Assembly (NCBI GenBank): GCA_964036045.1
Contig: OZ038378.1
Coordinates: forward strand, 146,072,001-146,136,000
Reading direction: 5' to 3'
DNA: 64,000 nucleotides
DNA from: Eutreptiella sp. 'Long Island Sound 2002'
Taxonomy: Eukaryota; Protista; Euglenida
Positions within the stretch are counted from its first letter, which is position 1. Each line of letters opens with the position of its first letter. Below the pieces are notes generated by a model. The model ran no database searches, was not told the DNA's origin, and saw only the letters and a list, made by a program, of their open reading frames with translations. Of this stretch, positions 35,228 to 47,455 are shown in pieces. Both the position numbers and the translations under genes were made by a program.

Positions 35228-35580
35228 CGGCCCACAAGGCCACGGTGGCGGCGCTGGAGCCCAGGGCCGAGTACTATGCGGCGTTCTTCGAGCGCGTCCA
35301 CACCCGCGGCCACGGTGCGTGCGCCCCGGAGGACGAGACCGCGGAGGAGTGGGCCCAGTGGACGGGCGAGGCCCGGGACTTGATGCTGCAGCTGCTGGAG
35401 GTCAGCCCCACCCGGCGGTGCACGGCCCAGCGGGCCCTGGACCACGCGTTCATGCGGTTTGAGGCCCCGGATGAGCTGGTGCAGGCGGCCCCCCCGCGCC
35501 TCCACTTCGACGCCTCGTTCGAGGAACAGCCGGACCATCGCTTCCCTGAATTGTTGTCTCTTCTGCTGCAGCAGCGCTGA
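35228..35580 (+). CDS. MAPK-like kinase, terminal exon
   Basis: Acceptor ccctttgcacAG at 35226-35227 in phase 1, matching the 31796 donor; EARDLMLQLLEVSPTRRCTAQRALDHAFM is kinase subdomain XI; ends in TGA. Confidence 0.85.
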
Positions 35581-35704
35581 GCAGTGGAGGGGGGGGAATG
35601 GGGGGGGGGGTTGGCTTTGGGGGGGGGGGGGGGTCAACAATCTCATGGGAGGTGGGAGCGCCCCCCCCGTCCCCCCCCACTCCCCCTCGGTTCTTGCCCT
35701 AACG

Positions 35705-35790
35705 CAGTCCAAGAAACATTCGATGGCCGAGTTGTCGGCGAACTCAAGGCAAATTTCGGAACTGGTGAGCAATGACCGCATGCCTGTGTC
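35705..35790 (+). mobile_element. SINE-like repeat, partial copy 3
   Basis: ccaagaaacattcgat.gccg..ctcaaggcaa..aatgacc..atgcctgtg. Confidence 0.55.
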
Positions 35791-36311
35791 GTGAGGGACG
35801 ACGAAACCGTGGCATTTGGCGTTTTATTCGCCTCCCTCTCGTGTCCACTGAGCACCCCCCGGGAGGTGCATCGTTTCAGTACCGCGGGAGAGAAAATTAG
35901 GAACAGTCGAACGGCAAAAGTGTGCCAAGTTATGCCGTGGTATTTGAAGGTCCGTAGCCATTTTTGTAGGTGTCATTGTTAGTGCTCTTGGGGCCGTGCC
36001 CACGCAATGTGCTCTGCACCGACAATGACTGCCACCATCCAGAGGCCTCCAGCAATCAACCAAAGGCCCAGGGGCAATAACAACCACCATTCACCATCGA
36101 TGTGTGTTGGATTTTTCAGTGGTATTTAAGAATTGGTGCCAAAATGTCTCCGCACCAAATTTTGCCACTCCAAAGTTCGCACGTACCCAACGTTCCCTCC
36201 GCCGGTATTCGTTGCCACCGACGAGAGATGGGCCCTTGCGAACGACGTGTGGCCCATGAGCTGCCGCACACGGCCCTGTGCAGAGCGCCGGGGGGGGGGG
36301 GGGTCCTTCAT

Positions 36312-36680
36312 GGGGGTCCTTAAGGGACCAGTTTTTTTTGTTAAGGACCGCCCTTAGGGACCGCCCCAAGGGACCATCAACCGCCAACCGCCAACCATAA
36401 CCGCCACCAGCCGCCAACCGCCACCAGCCGCCAACCGCCACCAACCGCCAACCACCAACCGCCAACCGCCAACCACTGCCAACTGCCATCAACCACCAAT
36501 CCCCAACCACCAGCCGCCGCCAACCACAACCAACCGCCACCAACCACCACCAACCGCCACCAACCGCCAGTCGCCAACCGCCAACTGCCAACCACCCACC
36601 GCCAACACATGGTGTGCCCGCGGGCTTTTTTGGGAAAACTGTGCAAAGGAACACTCTTTTTCCCCCCGTTAAGGACCTCC
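36312..36680. mobile_element. MITE-like element with internal (ACCGCCA/ACC)n array
   Basis: TIR gggggtccttaa (36312-36323) / ttaaggacctcc (36669-36680), 11/12 complementary; array at ~36378-36605; homologous to 61294-63252 and a fragment at ~37870-37930. Confidence 0.7.
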
Positions 36681-38522
36681 CTGGTTGGGTTTGCCTCGCC
36701 CCACTGCCCTCCACACATCTCAGGGCCTTAGAGACCGCACCCCCCGTCAGCGGTAGGCGTGGCCGTGGGGGCTCAGCTGCATCGGGGGGGCTCGTGGGAC
36801 ATCTCTGCGCCGATGGTGCGTCTGGGGCAGCCCCACCACCGTCTCGGCGACACGTGGGGTCTGCCCGCGGAGGCCGCCCCCCCGGGTCCGCGGCGGGCCC
36901 ACGTCCCCCTGGGGCCCTGTCGAAGGCCGGCGTGACGGAGTGGGGGAGGGCAGGAGGACGGGGGTCCGGGGCCCAGGGAGCACGGGTCCGCAGATCAGCG
37001 TGACGGAGGGCATATCTCACTGCGTGTCTGAGGCGCTGTGACGCAGGCCGGGGGGGCGGGGGGCGTACATCCAACCGCCTCAGGCAGTACACGGGGGCAG
37101 GGGAAGTTGGGGGGGGGGGGGCAGTGGCATGTTAAGAGCGGGGGCGGAGTTGCCTCCGGCGAAAATAGGCCCCGAGCGCCATAGGGGCCTCGTCCCGGTG
37201 GTGCACGGGGGTGCCGCATGCGGTGATGGTGCCGGGGCTGGGGACGGTGGCCGCAGCCGTGTGACCGGGAGTCTCTGTGCTCTGCACGTTTGTCTGTGTC
37301 TCAGTGCAGAGGCAATTGAGCGCGCGGCACCGGGGCTTTGGGGGTGCGAAGGCGGGCGAAGTGGTGCCTGGGCGACCGGTTTCCGCCCGCACCTGCGCCG
37401 TCTGTCCCCCAGGGGCGCCTCTTGTGTGTTGTGTGCGGCGGCACCACCGCCTCTGGGACTCCGCAGGGCTGAGGACTATGTCTGCGGGTGGGAAGGGCCG
37501 TGGGGCTCTAGACCCCGCTTCTGCGCCGGCTCTGTGACCCGACCCTGCGTGAGATGAGGCAACGCTGCGGAGGGGAAAGGGCCACAGGTCCCTCTTCACA
37601 AGGGCCTGCGCCACGACTGCCCCCCCTCGCCCCCACCCCTCCCCACCCCCCCCCCAGCCCTCGGGCCCCTCCCTTGTGTTGCGGGCGGTCCCCGCGGCTC
37701 TGTCCCCCACAGCACCGTGAAGCCCAGGGGCTTCCCCCCCAGGGCCGCAGTGGAGGTGCATGCGGGCATGACAGCCCCCCAGTGGAGTGTGCATTGGCGG
37801 AGTGCATTGTTGCAGGGCCCGGCCATGCAGCAGCAGCCCCAGGGCTGTACTTAGCAACCCCCATTCTTCTTTTTCTTTTTGTTAAGGACAGCTCTTACGG
37901 ACAGCCCCCAAGGATCACCACCGCCAAACATTGTTCAATACGGGTTCTGTGGTTTTTGTCTTGCCCACGTCTTGGCCATGAAGCAGCGCGTCCCAGTGAG
38001 CCGCCCAACCGTTTCACGGATGCTCCGTCCGGACCTCCATCCAAACGTGGATGGCGGTCTGCACCGAATGTGCAGGCCAGTGTTCTGATTCATTCAGATA
38101 TCTGAGATGGTCTGACCATCCGAGTGCACTTCGCTTTGCATTGCCTCTCTTGCCAACGCTGGGGGCCGGGCATCCGGGGTCTGTCTGCACCGCACACGAC
38201 GCACACGCTGGGGTGGCCCTTGACCCCAATGTGCCCTACATCACCTCGAAGACGGTTGTGCGATGAAGGGCCATTGCGGGCGTCCAAAACCACCGCACTT
38301 CTGGGCAGTATCCGCATGGCTGTGCATGCCCCCACCCGAGAGACAGGGCACGACACCCGCGCACAGTCCCGGAAGGATGGCCGGAATAAGGAGCAGGATG
38401 GTGGATCATAAGCAACGGCAGGACATCGCGCCGGTGGGCGGGGACATGCCCTCCGTGCGCCTCACTCACCCCTCCCGGGAAGCTCTGTGGAATGGAAGAG
38501 CAGGGTGCGCTGACCGCCTCAC

Positions 38523-38645
38523 CTGGTGGGCCAGTGGTGTGTGTGCCTCCTCCCGATAGCAGCGTCCCCGGAATGCGCGCCCTGTATTGGCCGGTCCTGG
38601 TGGCGGGGGCCTGCTCCGGCCCATCCAGCTCGCTGCCAATGCCAT
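38523..38645 (-). CDS. Possible first coding exon of an unidentified gene
   Basis: ATG at 38645, open for 41 codons to a strong donor CAG|GTGAGG (phase 0). No homology recognised and downstream exons unresolved. Confidence 0.25.
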
Positions 38646-40098
38646 TTCGGCCACCACCAATGGTCTCGGTTGGTGTTCACCCGTCTCGGCTCAGATAGCG
38701 TTTGGTTGTTGGTTCTAGATCATCGAGTGACAGTAAAATCCTGCAGGTGAAAGGGTGTAGGTTTTATGCCACGGGTTAAAGGTCAAAGACTGCGGGCTCT
38801 GATTTGGAAGCATCGAACAAGGAAAGTGGGAAAAGGTCAGACCCACAACGTAATGTCATTGGGAGGTGCAATGGAATCCTCCCTTTTTTTTTAGCACCGT
38901 CCACAAGGGTTGTGCACCAAACATATCAGAAGCCCAGCAGTAGGATCTACAGCAATTGGGAGGCGTGCGTTGTGCTGCAGAAAGGTGACTGTGATGCAAA
39001 ACGATGAGAGTGACGAGTTGCAATCTGGTCCCAGTGGCACACGAAGTTGTAGAAGAAGTCATGCATGCACAAGTAACAGGGGAGGGAAGGGGTTGCCAAG
39101 ATCAGCGGTCAAATCGCAACGAGCAATCAAAACACTTGCCAAAAAAGACGGACAACCTCCGCCCCCTTACGTGGCGGTTGCCTTCCTCAAAGGCAATTCT
39201 CAAAGCCCATTCTGTACACACTCCGGCATACCCACCCTTGCAAAGGAGCAACAAGTTGGAATGTCAGAGTTAGTTGCCGTAGGTTGTTGATTTAGTCATG
39301 TTGCTTCTGTTTTGCCCACTATTCTTGGGGAATGGGTGATGTTCCGCATTGTTTGGTGCATGTTTTTTCGTTGGAAAGTTGTCTTGATGCGTATTTTTGT
39401 TTTACAACACGGCGATCGCTTTTTTTCTGGACGGGCCCCAAACGTCACACAAGGTTTTTTTGTTTTGTGGCTGCTTCTGTATCAACTGCCTTTTCGCAAG
39501 GCATTTGGTGGTGCCACATTGTTTGTAGCTGACAGCCAAAGAACGGGCGTTCAAGAGAGGGAGAGCGGAGCCTTCCCCAACCCCCCACCCTCCGGGCAAA
39601 AGGGCATGTCTGCAGCTGCATGATGAAGCGCGGCACGGACGTGCAGGAGCGGAGGTCACCTGGGCCCCCTTCCCCAAAGGCTCTGATGCAGGCAAGACCC
39701 CCAAATGTGAGCCAACCAGGCGCCAGACAGGCACGCAGCCAGGCCGATAGGACTGCACGCAGGCCTGCTTTTGATGGCACCGCAGGCGATGGCAGTGGCC
39801 ATAACTCGCCCTAAGGGCCCCAAAACACGCGGCATTTTTTACCATCGAATCCCGAATTTCCAGCTATTCGCATTTATATCCCGCAAAATTTGCTGAAAAT
39901 GCACGAAGCCCCGGGAATTTGCGATGTATTGCCATTTCGGGCCGTTTTCGGCTTGAAAAATACACTCCTGCCGTGGCCGGCCGGGCAACTAAAATGACCA
40001 TAACTCGGTCTAGGGGCACTTTTTGCCATCGAATGCGGAATTTCACGCCCTTCGGTTTTGTCTGTTGTGAAATATTGCTGAAAATGCACGTTTCCAGT

Positions 40099-40790
40099 CA
40101 AAATGGAAATTTTTTTGCGCGCCGCGCTGCGTGGGCGCTTGGGCAAAATCAGTTATGCTCAGCCCAGCCCAGGGACATTCCAGCCAAATATGGGTATGTC
40201 ATCGGGGGTACCCCAGTTTGACCCAGAATTTCAACCCCTTCTTTTCCTACACTTTTAAGCATGCCGATTCCACCCACATCGATTTCCGGTCAAAATGGAA
40301 CTTTTTTGCGCGCCGCGCTATGGGCGCGCCTGGGCAAAATCACTCCTCGTCAGCCCAGCCCAGGGACATTCCAACCAAATATGGGTATGTCATCGGGGGT
40401 TCCCCAGTTTGACCCAGAAAATCAACCCCTTCTTTTCCTACACTTTTGAGCATGCCAATTCCACCCAGATCGATTTCCCGTCAAAATGGAACTTTTTTAT
40501 GCGCCGCGCTTCGGGCGTGCCTGGGCAAAATCACTCCTCGTCAGCCCAGCCCAGGGACATTCCAGCCAAATATGGGTATGTCACCGGGGGTACCCCAGTT
40601 TGACCCAGAGTTTCAACCCCTTCTTTTCCTACACTTTTAAGCATGCCGATCCCACCCACATCGATTTCCGGTCAAAATGGAATGCTTTTTGCGTGCCGCC
40701 CGTGCGCGCGCCTGGGCAAAATAAGTTCTGGTCAGCCCAGCCCAGGGCCATTCCATCCAAATAGGGGTATGTCACTGGGGGTACCCTAGT
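40099..40790 (+). repeat. Tandem repeat, period 191-192 bp, ~3.6 copies
   Basis: caaaatggaa unit starts at 40099, 40291, 40482 and 40673. Confidence 0.9.
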
Positions 40791-40959
40791 ATGGCAGTCA
40801 CCATTTGTGTCCCCATGGTTGCTCAAACACCGGTATTGTCACCAAATGATCACCCCACCCCGTCCGAGGGCCCATGAAAGGGTTCTTGAAAAAGTCGATT
40901 TTTTCCAAAAATTTTAGGTGCCACTGAACAATGTAAGATCACCAAACTCATGGTTTTTT

Positions 40960-41365
40960 GCGTGGCCCAAGCAGCCCAAGCGTTTAACTGGTAAGCCCAA
41001 AGGTTTAAATGGTGGGCCCAAGCCTTTAAATGGTGCGCCCAAGCCTTTAAATGCTGAGCCCCAGCCTTTAAGTTGTGGTCCGCCAAACACTTTAAAGGAT
41101 AAGCCCAGGCTCCTAAATGGTGAGCCCAAGCCTTTAATTGGTGAGCCCAAGCGTATAGCTGGTGAGCCCATGCCTTGTAATGGTGAGCCCAAGCCCTTAC
41201 ATGGTCCGCCAAACGCTTTAAAGGAAAAACAGAGGCATTTAAATTGTGAGGCGAAGCCTTTAAATGGTGAGCCCAAGGCATTAAATGGTGAACCCAAGCC
41301 TTTAGCTGGTGAGCCCAAGCCTTTAAATGGTGAACCCAAGCTTTTAATTGGGAAGCCAAAGCCTT
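40960..41365 (+). repeat. Degenerate 21-bp minisatellite (aagcctttaaatggtgagccc)
   Basis: Roughly 19 units; explains spurious ORFs 40850-41359, 40914-41411 and 40918-41433. Confidence 0.9.
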
Positions 41366-41439
41366 TACATGTTAAGCCCACTCCTTTGAATTGGGAACAC
41401 TTCAGCTTCACCCATAATTTGGAACATAAGTAAGCGGAT

Positions 41440-42600
41440 GCACCGTATTTTTCCGTCTGTGGATTGGGGCTGTGCGCTCTGTGGGTCCATTGAGGACCAT
41501 TACCATTGTTTGAAGGTGTGCTTGTCTATGTCGGTACCGCTGTCGGCACTCAGCTCCCTGTTCCCCCCGGTATTTTCAGACTGGCGTCACATATCGGTAG
41601 GTCATCTGCGTAGTCATTCCCCGGCTCAGTCTCTACGCCGTTCTTGAGGTATCCTGTTATGAAGTCAATACGGGTGCTTTGGTCGTTCCGTTCAAGGGTG
41701 CTGTTCCACAAGGCATGTGCATCGGTTTCAGGTATCTGTCGTCGCTGGTTTTTTGCATGGGAAGATTGGATGCAACGTCTTGACATATGTTTGACCCACT
41801 TTGTGGTACGGGGTTTTCGGCGGGGCTTGGAACAGGTGAGGGGGGGGCGTTGCAGTGGAACGCCACGTCGGAGCTCACTTTTCTTACGGACTCGTGGGAA
41901 TGGAAGCGCCAGGATGAAGGGGCTACCAATAGGTTCTTTGATTATAGTGCAGATTAGAAGGAGCGGAAACGTCGGAGGATAGAGGCGGGTCGGGCGATGC
42001 TGGCGTCGGGGGGGTTACCCCAGGCCCCCCGGGGGTTTTGGTAGTGTATACCGATGGGTCGGCGTCGGAGGAGGCCTCTGGGATGGCGTTTGCGGGCCAG
42101 GGAATATGGTTTGGGAAGGGGGATGTGTGCAATCAGGCCCTGCCGCCGCTAGGGGTGGCGGGTGCAGACCTATAACAAGGCGGAGGTGTAAGCTGTTATC
42201 TGGGTCTGTCGGTATGTGCCCGCGTGTCGAGACGTCGAGGTCAGGAGTGATAGTAAATACTGCATTGACGGAATAGAGAGCATGGGTGCGTGGCGTTCAA
42301 ACGGGTGGCGAACTGTCCTCCGCTTATGAAGTGTTGAACCAGGACCTCTGAGGGGAGCTGGGGGGGGGGGGGGGGGCTGCTAGGTCGTCGCCGGGGGCGA
42401 CTGCGCTGTGTCTATGTTCGGGTCCACATCGGAGATTTGGGTAATGAGTCGGCTGATGAGCTGGCGGAAGAGGGTAGACTCAAGAACCCGGGTAGGATAA
42501 AGTTTTTGGCAAAGAGGCTATTGTTGTTCACAACTTTGTGGCAGTGGGCAAAGCAGATGATAGTGTCGGCGCCGGACGTCTCACCTCTTTGATTTTATTT
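41440..42600 (+). mobile_element. LINE-like ORF2 3' fragment: CCHC-type zinc finger followed by an RNase H1-like domain, then a T-rich tail
   Basis: CALCGSIEDHYHCLKVC, LWSFRSRVLF, then VVYTDGSA, QTYNKAEV, VRSDSKYCIDG..W..NGWRT, LNQDL, HIGDLGNESADELAEEG. Broken by stops and frameshifts. Zinc-finger part duplicated at ~44205-44720. Confidence 0.75.
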
Positions 42601-43254
42601 TTTTCCTTTACAGATATCAGTCTTGTCATCTATCTTGGCGAGGGGTGCCCGTTGAGCTTTCTTGGAGGCGTCTAGTGTTCATACTGCTTGTCTGGGGCTC
42701 GAACCCCGATGGGGGCTAGGGTGTAGCGCCCGGCCCGACTCTTCTTGCCTTGGCGTGGGTGGGGCGGGTATGAGGGTACGCTAGTATTAAGGTACCATAG
42801 CGTCATCATACTATAGCGGAGGAACGCCAAGCGCTGGGCATCGTCGGCGGTGGTTCGAATCCCGGTGCCGTGGTGTTGTGGCCCATCGATATCTAGGTAC
42901 CGCCTAGTATCTTGTGCTCCCAACCCGGGGGCATATAGGTTTCTGACGGTGGTGTGCGTCTTGCGGCTGTGCGCCTACGCATGCGAGCCGGTGTCTATGC
43001 ATTCGGGTCGGTGTGTGCAGCGCCTGCTTTTGTACTATTTCTGTGCTGGAGACAGCCCTGCCTCGGTCTCGGCGAGGGGAGCCCGTTAGGCTTTCATGGA
43101 CGCTTTGGTTGTTCATATTGATTGTCTGTTGTATATCGATGTGCTTCACTTGGACTTCGGCTCGGGGCGACGTGGATGGACATTGCCTGCCCTTGGGCCG
43201 CCTGTGATTGTTGAATTGGTGCTGGGTAATTTCGAACATATCATGTCAGCTTTT

Positions 43255-43631
43255 ATCAGGGTCTCTCGGTATGTGCCCGCGTGTCAAGACTTCGAGGTCA
43301 AGAGTGATAGTAAATACTGCATTGACGGAGTAGAGAGCAAGGTTGCGTGGGGTGTGAACGGGTGGCGAACGTCATCCGGGTCTGAAGTGTCGAATCGGGA
43401 CCTCTGGGACGACCTGGGGGGGGGGGGGGGGATGCCGGGTCGTCGCCGGGGGCGACTTCGCTGTGTGTATGTTCAGGGCCACATCGGAGAAATGGGTAAT
43501 GAGTCGGCTAATGAGCTTGCGCAAGAGTGCAGACTCAAGAACCCGGGTAGGATAAAGTATTTGGCAGAGAGGCTATTGCCGTTCATAGCTTTGTGGCAGC
43601 GAGCGAAGCCTATGGTAGCGTTGGCGCCGGA
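43255..43631 (+). mobile_element. Partial RNase H1-like copy 2
   Basis: EVKSDSKYCIDGVESKVAWGVNGWRTSSGSEVSNRDLWDDL..YVQGHIGEMGNESANELAQE in ORF 43096-44019. Confidence 0.75.
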
Positions 43632-44889
43632 TATTTTCTGTACTGGTAGCAGCCCTGCCTTGGTCTCGGCGAGGAGAGCTTGTCATGCTTTCATGGACAC
43701 TTTGGTCGTTCATATTGATTGTCTGTTGGATATCGATTTGCTTCCATTGGACTTCGGCTCGGGGCGACGTGGATGGACATTGCCTGCCCTTAGGCCGCGC
43801 GTGATTCTGGAGTTGGTGTATGGTAATTGGGAACATATGTTGTCGTCCATTTCTAAGCAAGCCGAATCCACGTGGTGTCGCTCCCGGCGAAACGCGGAAC
43901 TTCGCGCTCTTCGCATTTATATCCCCCAAAATATGCTGAAAATGCACGTAGCCCCGGGGAATGGCACTTTATTGCCATTTCGGGCCGCTTTCGGCTTGAA
44001 ACGTCTGCTCGGGCCGTAGTCAGCCGGGCGACTAAAATGGCCATAACTTGCACTACGGGCCCAAAAACGAGCCGCACTTTTTTTTTGCTCGAATACTGAA
44101 TTTCACGCATGTCGATTCTGTTTGCCGCAAAAATTGCTCAAAATGCACGTAGCCCCCAGAAATCACAATTTATTGCCATTTTGGGCCGCTTTCGGCCCGT
44201 TAGCCCAAGCCTTTAATTGGGAAGCCAAAGCTTTTACATGTTAAGCCCGATTCTTTTGAAATTGGGAACACTCCAGCTTCACCCATAATTTCAAACATAA
44301 ATAAGCGGATGGGATTTTGCCGTCCGTCGATCAGGGCTGTGCGCTCTCTGGCTCCATTGAGGACCATTGCCAGTGTTTGAAGGTGTGCCCGTTTATGTTG
44401 GTAGAGTTGTCGGCATTGAGCTCCCTAGGCCTGCCGGTTCTTCAGGACTCGCGTCACATATCGCTAGGTCGTCTGTGTAGTGATTCCCCGACTCAGTCTC
44501 TACGCTGTTCTTGAGGTATCAAGTCAATATGGGTGCTTTGGTCGTTCCGTTCAAATGTGCTGTTCCACAAGGCGTGTGCGTCGGTTGTAGGTATTTGTCG
44601 TCGCTGGTTTTTGCATTGCATGATTGGATACAACGTCTTGACATAGGTTTGACCCACTCTGTGGTACGGGGTTTTCGGCAAGTCTTGGAACAGGTGAGGG
44701 GGGGGCGGGGGGCGTTGCAGTGGAACAGGCAGGACTGTCAGCGTCACGAAAAAAAAAGCAAAGCACGCGCTGGACAATTAGTACGAACACCAGACGCCCG
44801 CACGAAAGCCCGATGGGCTCCCCCCGCCGAGACAGATGACAGGGCTGCCACTAGTATGGAAAGAATAGAAAATTAAAGAGGTGAGCCGT

Positions 44890-45270
44890 CCGGCGCCAAC
44901 GCTACCATAGGCTTCGCTCGCTGCCACAAAGCTATGAACGGCAATAGCCTCTCGGCCAAATACTTTATCCTACCCGGGTTCTTGAGTCTGCCCTCTTCCG
45001 CAAGCTCATTAGCCGACTCATTACCCATTTCTCCGATGTGGGCCCGAACATACACACAGCGAAGTCGCCCCCGGGGACGACCCGGCATCCCCCCCCCCCC
45101 CCCCGAGGTCGTCCCAGAGGTCCCGATTCGACACTTCAGACCCGGATGACGTTCGCCACCCGTTCACACCCCACGCAACCTTGCTCTCTACTCCGTCAAT
45201 GCAGTATTTACTATCACTCTTGACCTCGAAGTCTTGACACGCGGGCACATACCGAGAGACCCTGATAAAA
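44890..45270 (-). mobile_element. Partial RNase H1-like copy 3 (inverted twin of copy 2)
   Basis: ORFs 45021-45425 and 44873-45088 (-) are nearly identical to 43096-43631 (+). Confidence 0.75.
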
Positions 45271-45919
45271 GCTGACATGATATGTTCCAAATTACCCAGC
45301 ACCAATTCAACAATCACAGGCGGCCCAAGGGCAGGCAATGTCCATCCACGTCGCCCCGAGCCGAAGTCCAAGTGAAGCACATCGATATACAACAGACAAT
45401 CAATATGAACAACCAAAGCGTCCATGAAAGCCTAACGGGCTCCCCTCGCCGAGACCGAGGCAGGGCTGTCTCCAGCACAGAAAAAGTACAAAAGCAGGCG
45501 CTGCACACACCGACCCGAATGCATAAACACCGGCTCGCATGCGTAGGCGCACAGCCGCAAGACGCACACCACCGTCAGAAACCGGGTTGGGAGCACAAGA
45601 TACTAGGCGGTACCTAGATATCGATGGGCCACAACACCACGGCACCGGGATTCGAACCACCGCCGACGATGCCCAGCGCTTGGCGTTCCTCCGCTATAGT
45701 ATGATGACGCTATGGTACCTTAATACTAGCGTACGCTTGGTGGCTTGGTGGCTTGATCGGTGCTCCGCTGGGCGCTCCAAGGAGCCTCGGGAAGTATACT
45801 CACAACTCCATAAACAAATCAACCTCATTGGTGTTGATTGTGTTACAGCGGAGGAATTCTACATGAAGTATGGCGCGGAAGGTTTGTGGTCCTAGGACGA
45901 CCTTCCAACACCTCTGTTT

Positions 45920-46242
45920 TCTTCCGCAAATTCCAAGTTGGGACAACTGTGCCTATATGTCTCGCTCAGATTGTTCGGATGATGTGTATATGCGATGTAC
46001 TCTTAAATCCCAAGTACACAGGCCATGTTTATAAGGTAACGGTGGCCGTGCACAACCTTGGGAATATAGTATGGATATGTGATCTTATGCCGGGAACGTC
46101 GGCGGATGTTACGATTTGGGATCAACGTGGTCCTTCGCGAATGCACGGACACTTCTTCGATTATGAAGTAGGTAATCACGATGGCGCTTACAAGGGTTAC
46201 AGTGATTGCAACTGCATAGTGGTACTCTACAACAATAAATGA
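45920..46242 (+). mobile_element. PIF/Harbinger-ISL2EU-type (DDE_Tnp_4-like) transposase fragment
   Basis: LLNPKYTGHVYKVTVAVHNLGNIVWICDLMPGTSADVTIW..DGAYKG fits the pattern Y..K..H..K....V...G.I.......G...D......D.gY.G. Truncated. Confidence 0.6.
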
Positions 46243-46356
46243 GATGTTCACAGGTACATCAAAGTACTGGGTTGGTGGTGGTTCAATGTGTGTCCTGTGG
46301 GCTTTGTTGCTTTGCAGTGTTATACAGAGGTGGCATGGGGTGGGTTTCACTGCAAT

Positions 46357-46440
46357 GTGCACGCAGTGCGCACGCAGTGCGCACGCAGTGCCCACGCAGT
46401 GCGCACGCAGTGCACACGCAGTGCGCACGCAGTGCAAACA
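46357..46440 (+). repeat. 11-bp tandem repeat (cacgcagtgcg), ~7 copies
   Basis: Directly visible. Confidence 0.9.
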
Positions 46441-46759
46441 CTTGCCCATAGTATGATGACGCTATGGTACCTTAATACTAGCATACGATGACACCCGCCC
46501 CACCCATGCCAAGGCAACAAGCGTCGGGGCGTGCGGTGCAACCCAGGCCCCATCGGGGTTCGCCCCCCCCCCCCCGAGATGACACGAGTCCAGTGCACCT
46601 CCTGCTACGGTGTACCATAGTGGTACAGCTCCAAGGCCGCTCACCACACCGGCAATATCCGAGACAATCGGTATGAACACTAGACGCCTCCAAGAAAGCC
46701 TGGCTGTCTCCCCTCGCCGGAATGGATAACAGGATTGATACCAGTACAGAAAGAGAAGA

Positions 46760-47455
46760 AAATTAAAGAGGTGAGACGTCCGGCGCCAACGCTACCATAG
46801 GCTTTGCCCGCTGCCACAAAGCTATGAACGGCACTAGCCTCTCTGCCAATTACTTTATCCTACCCGGGTTCTTGAGTCTGCCCTCTTCCGCTAGCTCATT
46901 AGCCGACTCATTACCGAAATCTCCGATGCGGACCCAAACATAGACACATTGCAGTCGCCCACGGCGACGACCTAGCACCCCCCCCCCCCCCAGCTCTGTT
47001 AAGAGGTCCTGGTTCAACAACTCATATCCGGAGGACATTTGCCACCTGTTTGAACGCCACGCACCCATGCTCTCTCTTCCGACAATGTAGTATTTGCTAT
47101 CACTCCTGACCTCGACGTCTTGACACGCGGGCTCAAGCCGACACACGCAAATAGCAGCTTACACCTCCGCCTTGTTGTTGGTCTGTACCCGCCCCCCAGC
47201 GGCAGAGCTTGATTGCGCACATCCCCCTTCCGAAACCATATCCCACACCCGCAAACGCCACCCCAGGGGCCTCCTCCGCCGCCGATCCATTAGTATACAC
47301 TACCGAAAAACCCGGGGGAGCCTGGGGTAACCCCCCCGACGCCAACATCGCCCGATCCGCCTCTATTCTCCGACGTTTCTGCTCCTTCTAATCTGCATTA
47401 TCATCATAGAAACTGTTGGCACCTTGGCGCTTCCATTCCCACAGGTCCGTAAGTG
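46760..47455 (-). mobile_element. RNase H1-like copy 4 (inverted homologue of 41880-42600)
   Basis: MLASGGLPQAPPGFSVVYTNGSA, QTNNKAEV, DVEVRSDSKYYIVG and IGDFGNESANELAEEGRLKNPGRIK. Confidence 0.75.

Noticed and set aside
40099-41365. Regular repeats as a possible CRISPR array
   Set aside because: Units are contiguous tandem copies with no unique spacers, no cas genes are present, and the context is eukaryotic.
42780-42870. tRNA gene (ggttcgaatccc); similar motifs at ~6650-6670 (-) and ~12705
   Set aside because: T-loop-like words only; the T-stem does not pair and no cloverleaf forms. At most decayed SINE heads.
45696-45770. Box C/D snoRNA (ATGATGA)
   Set aside because: No box D (CTGA) at a suitable distance in either copy; the motif is part of a 35-bp repeat.
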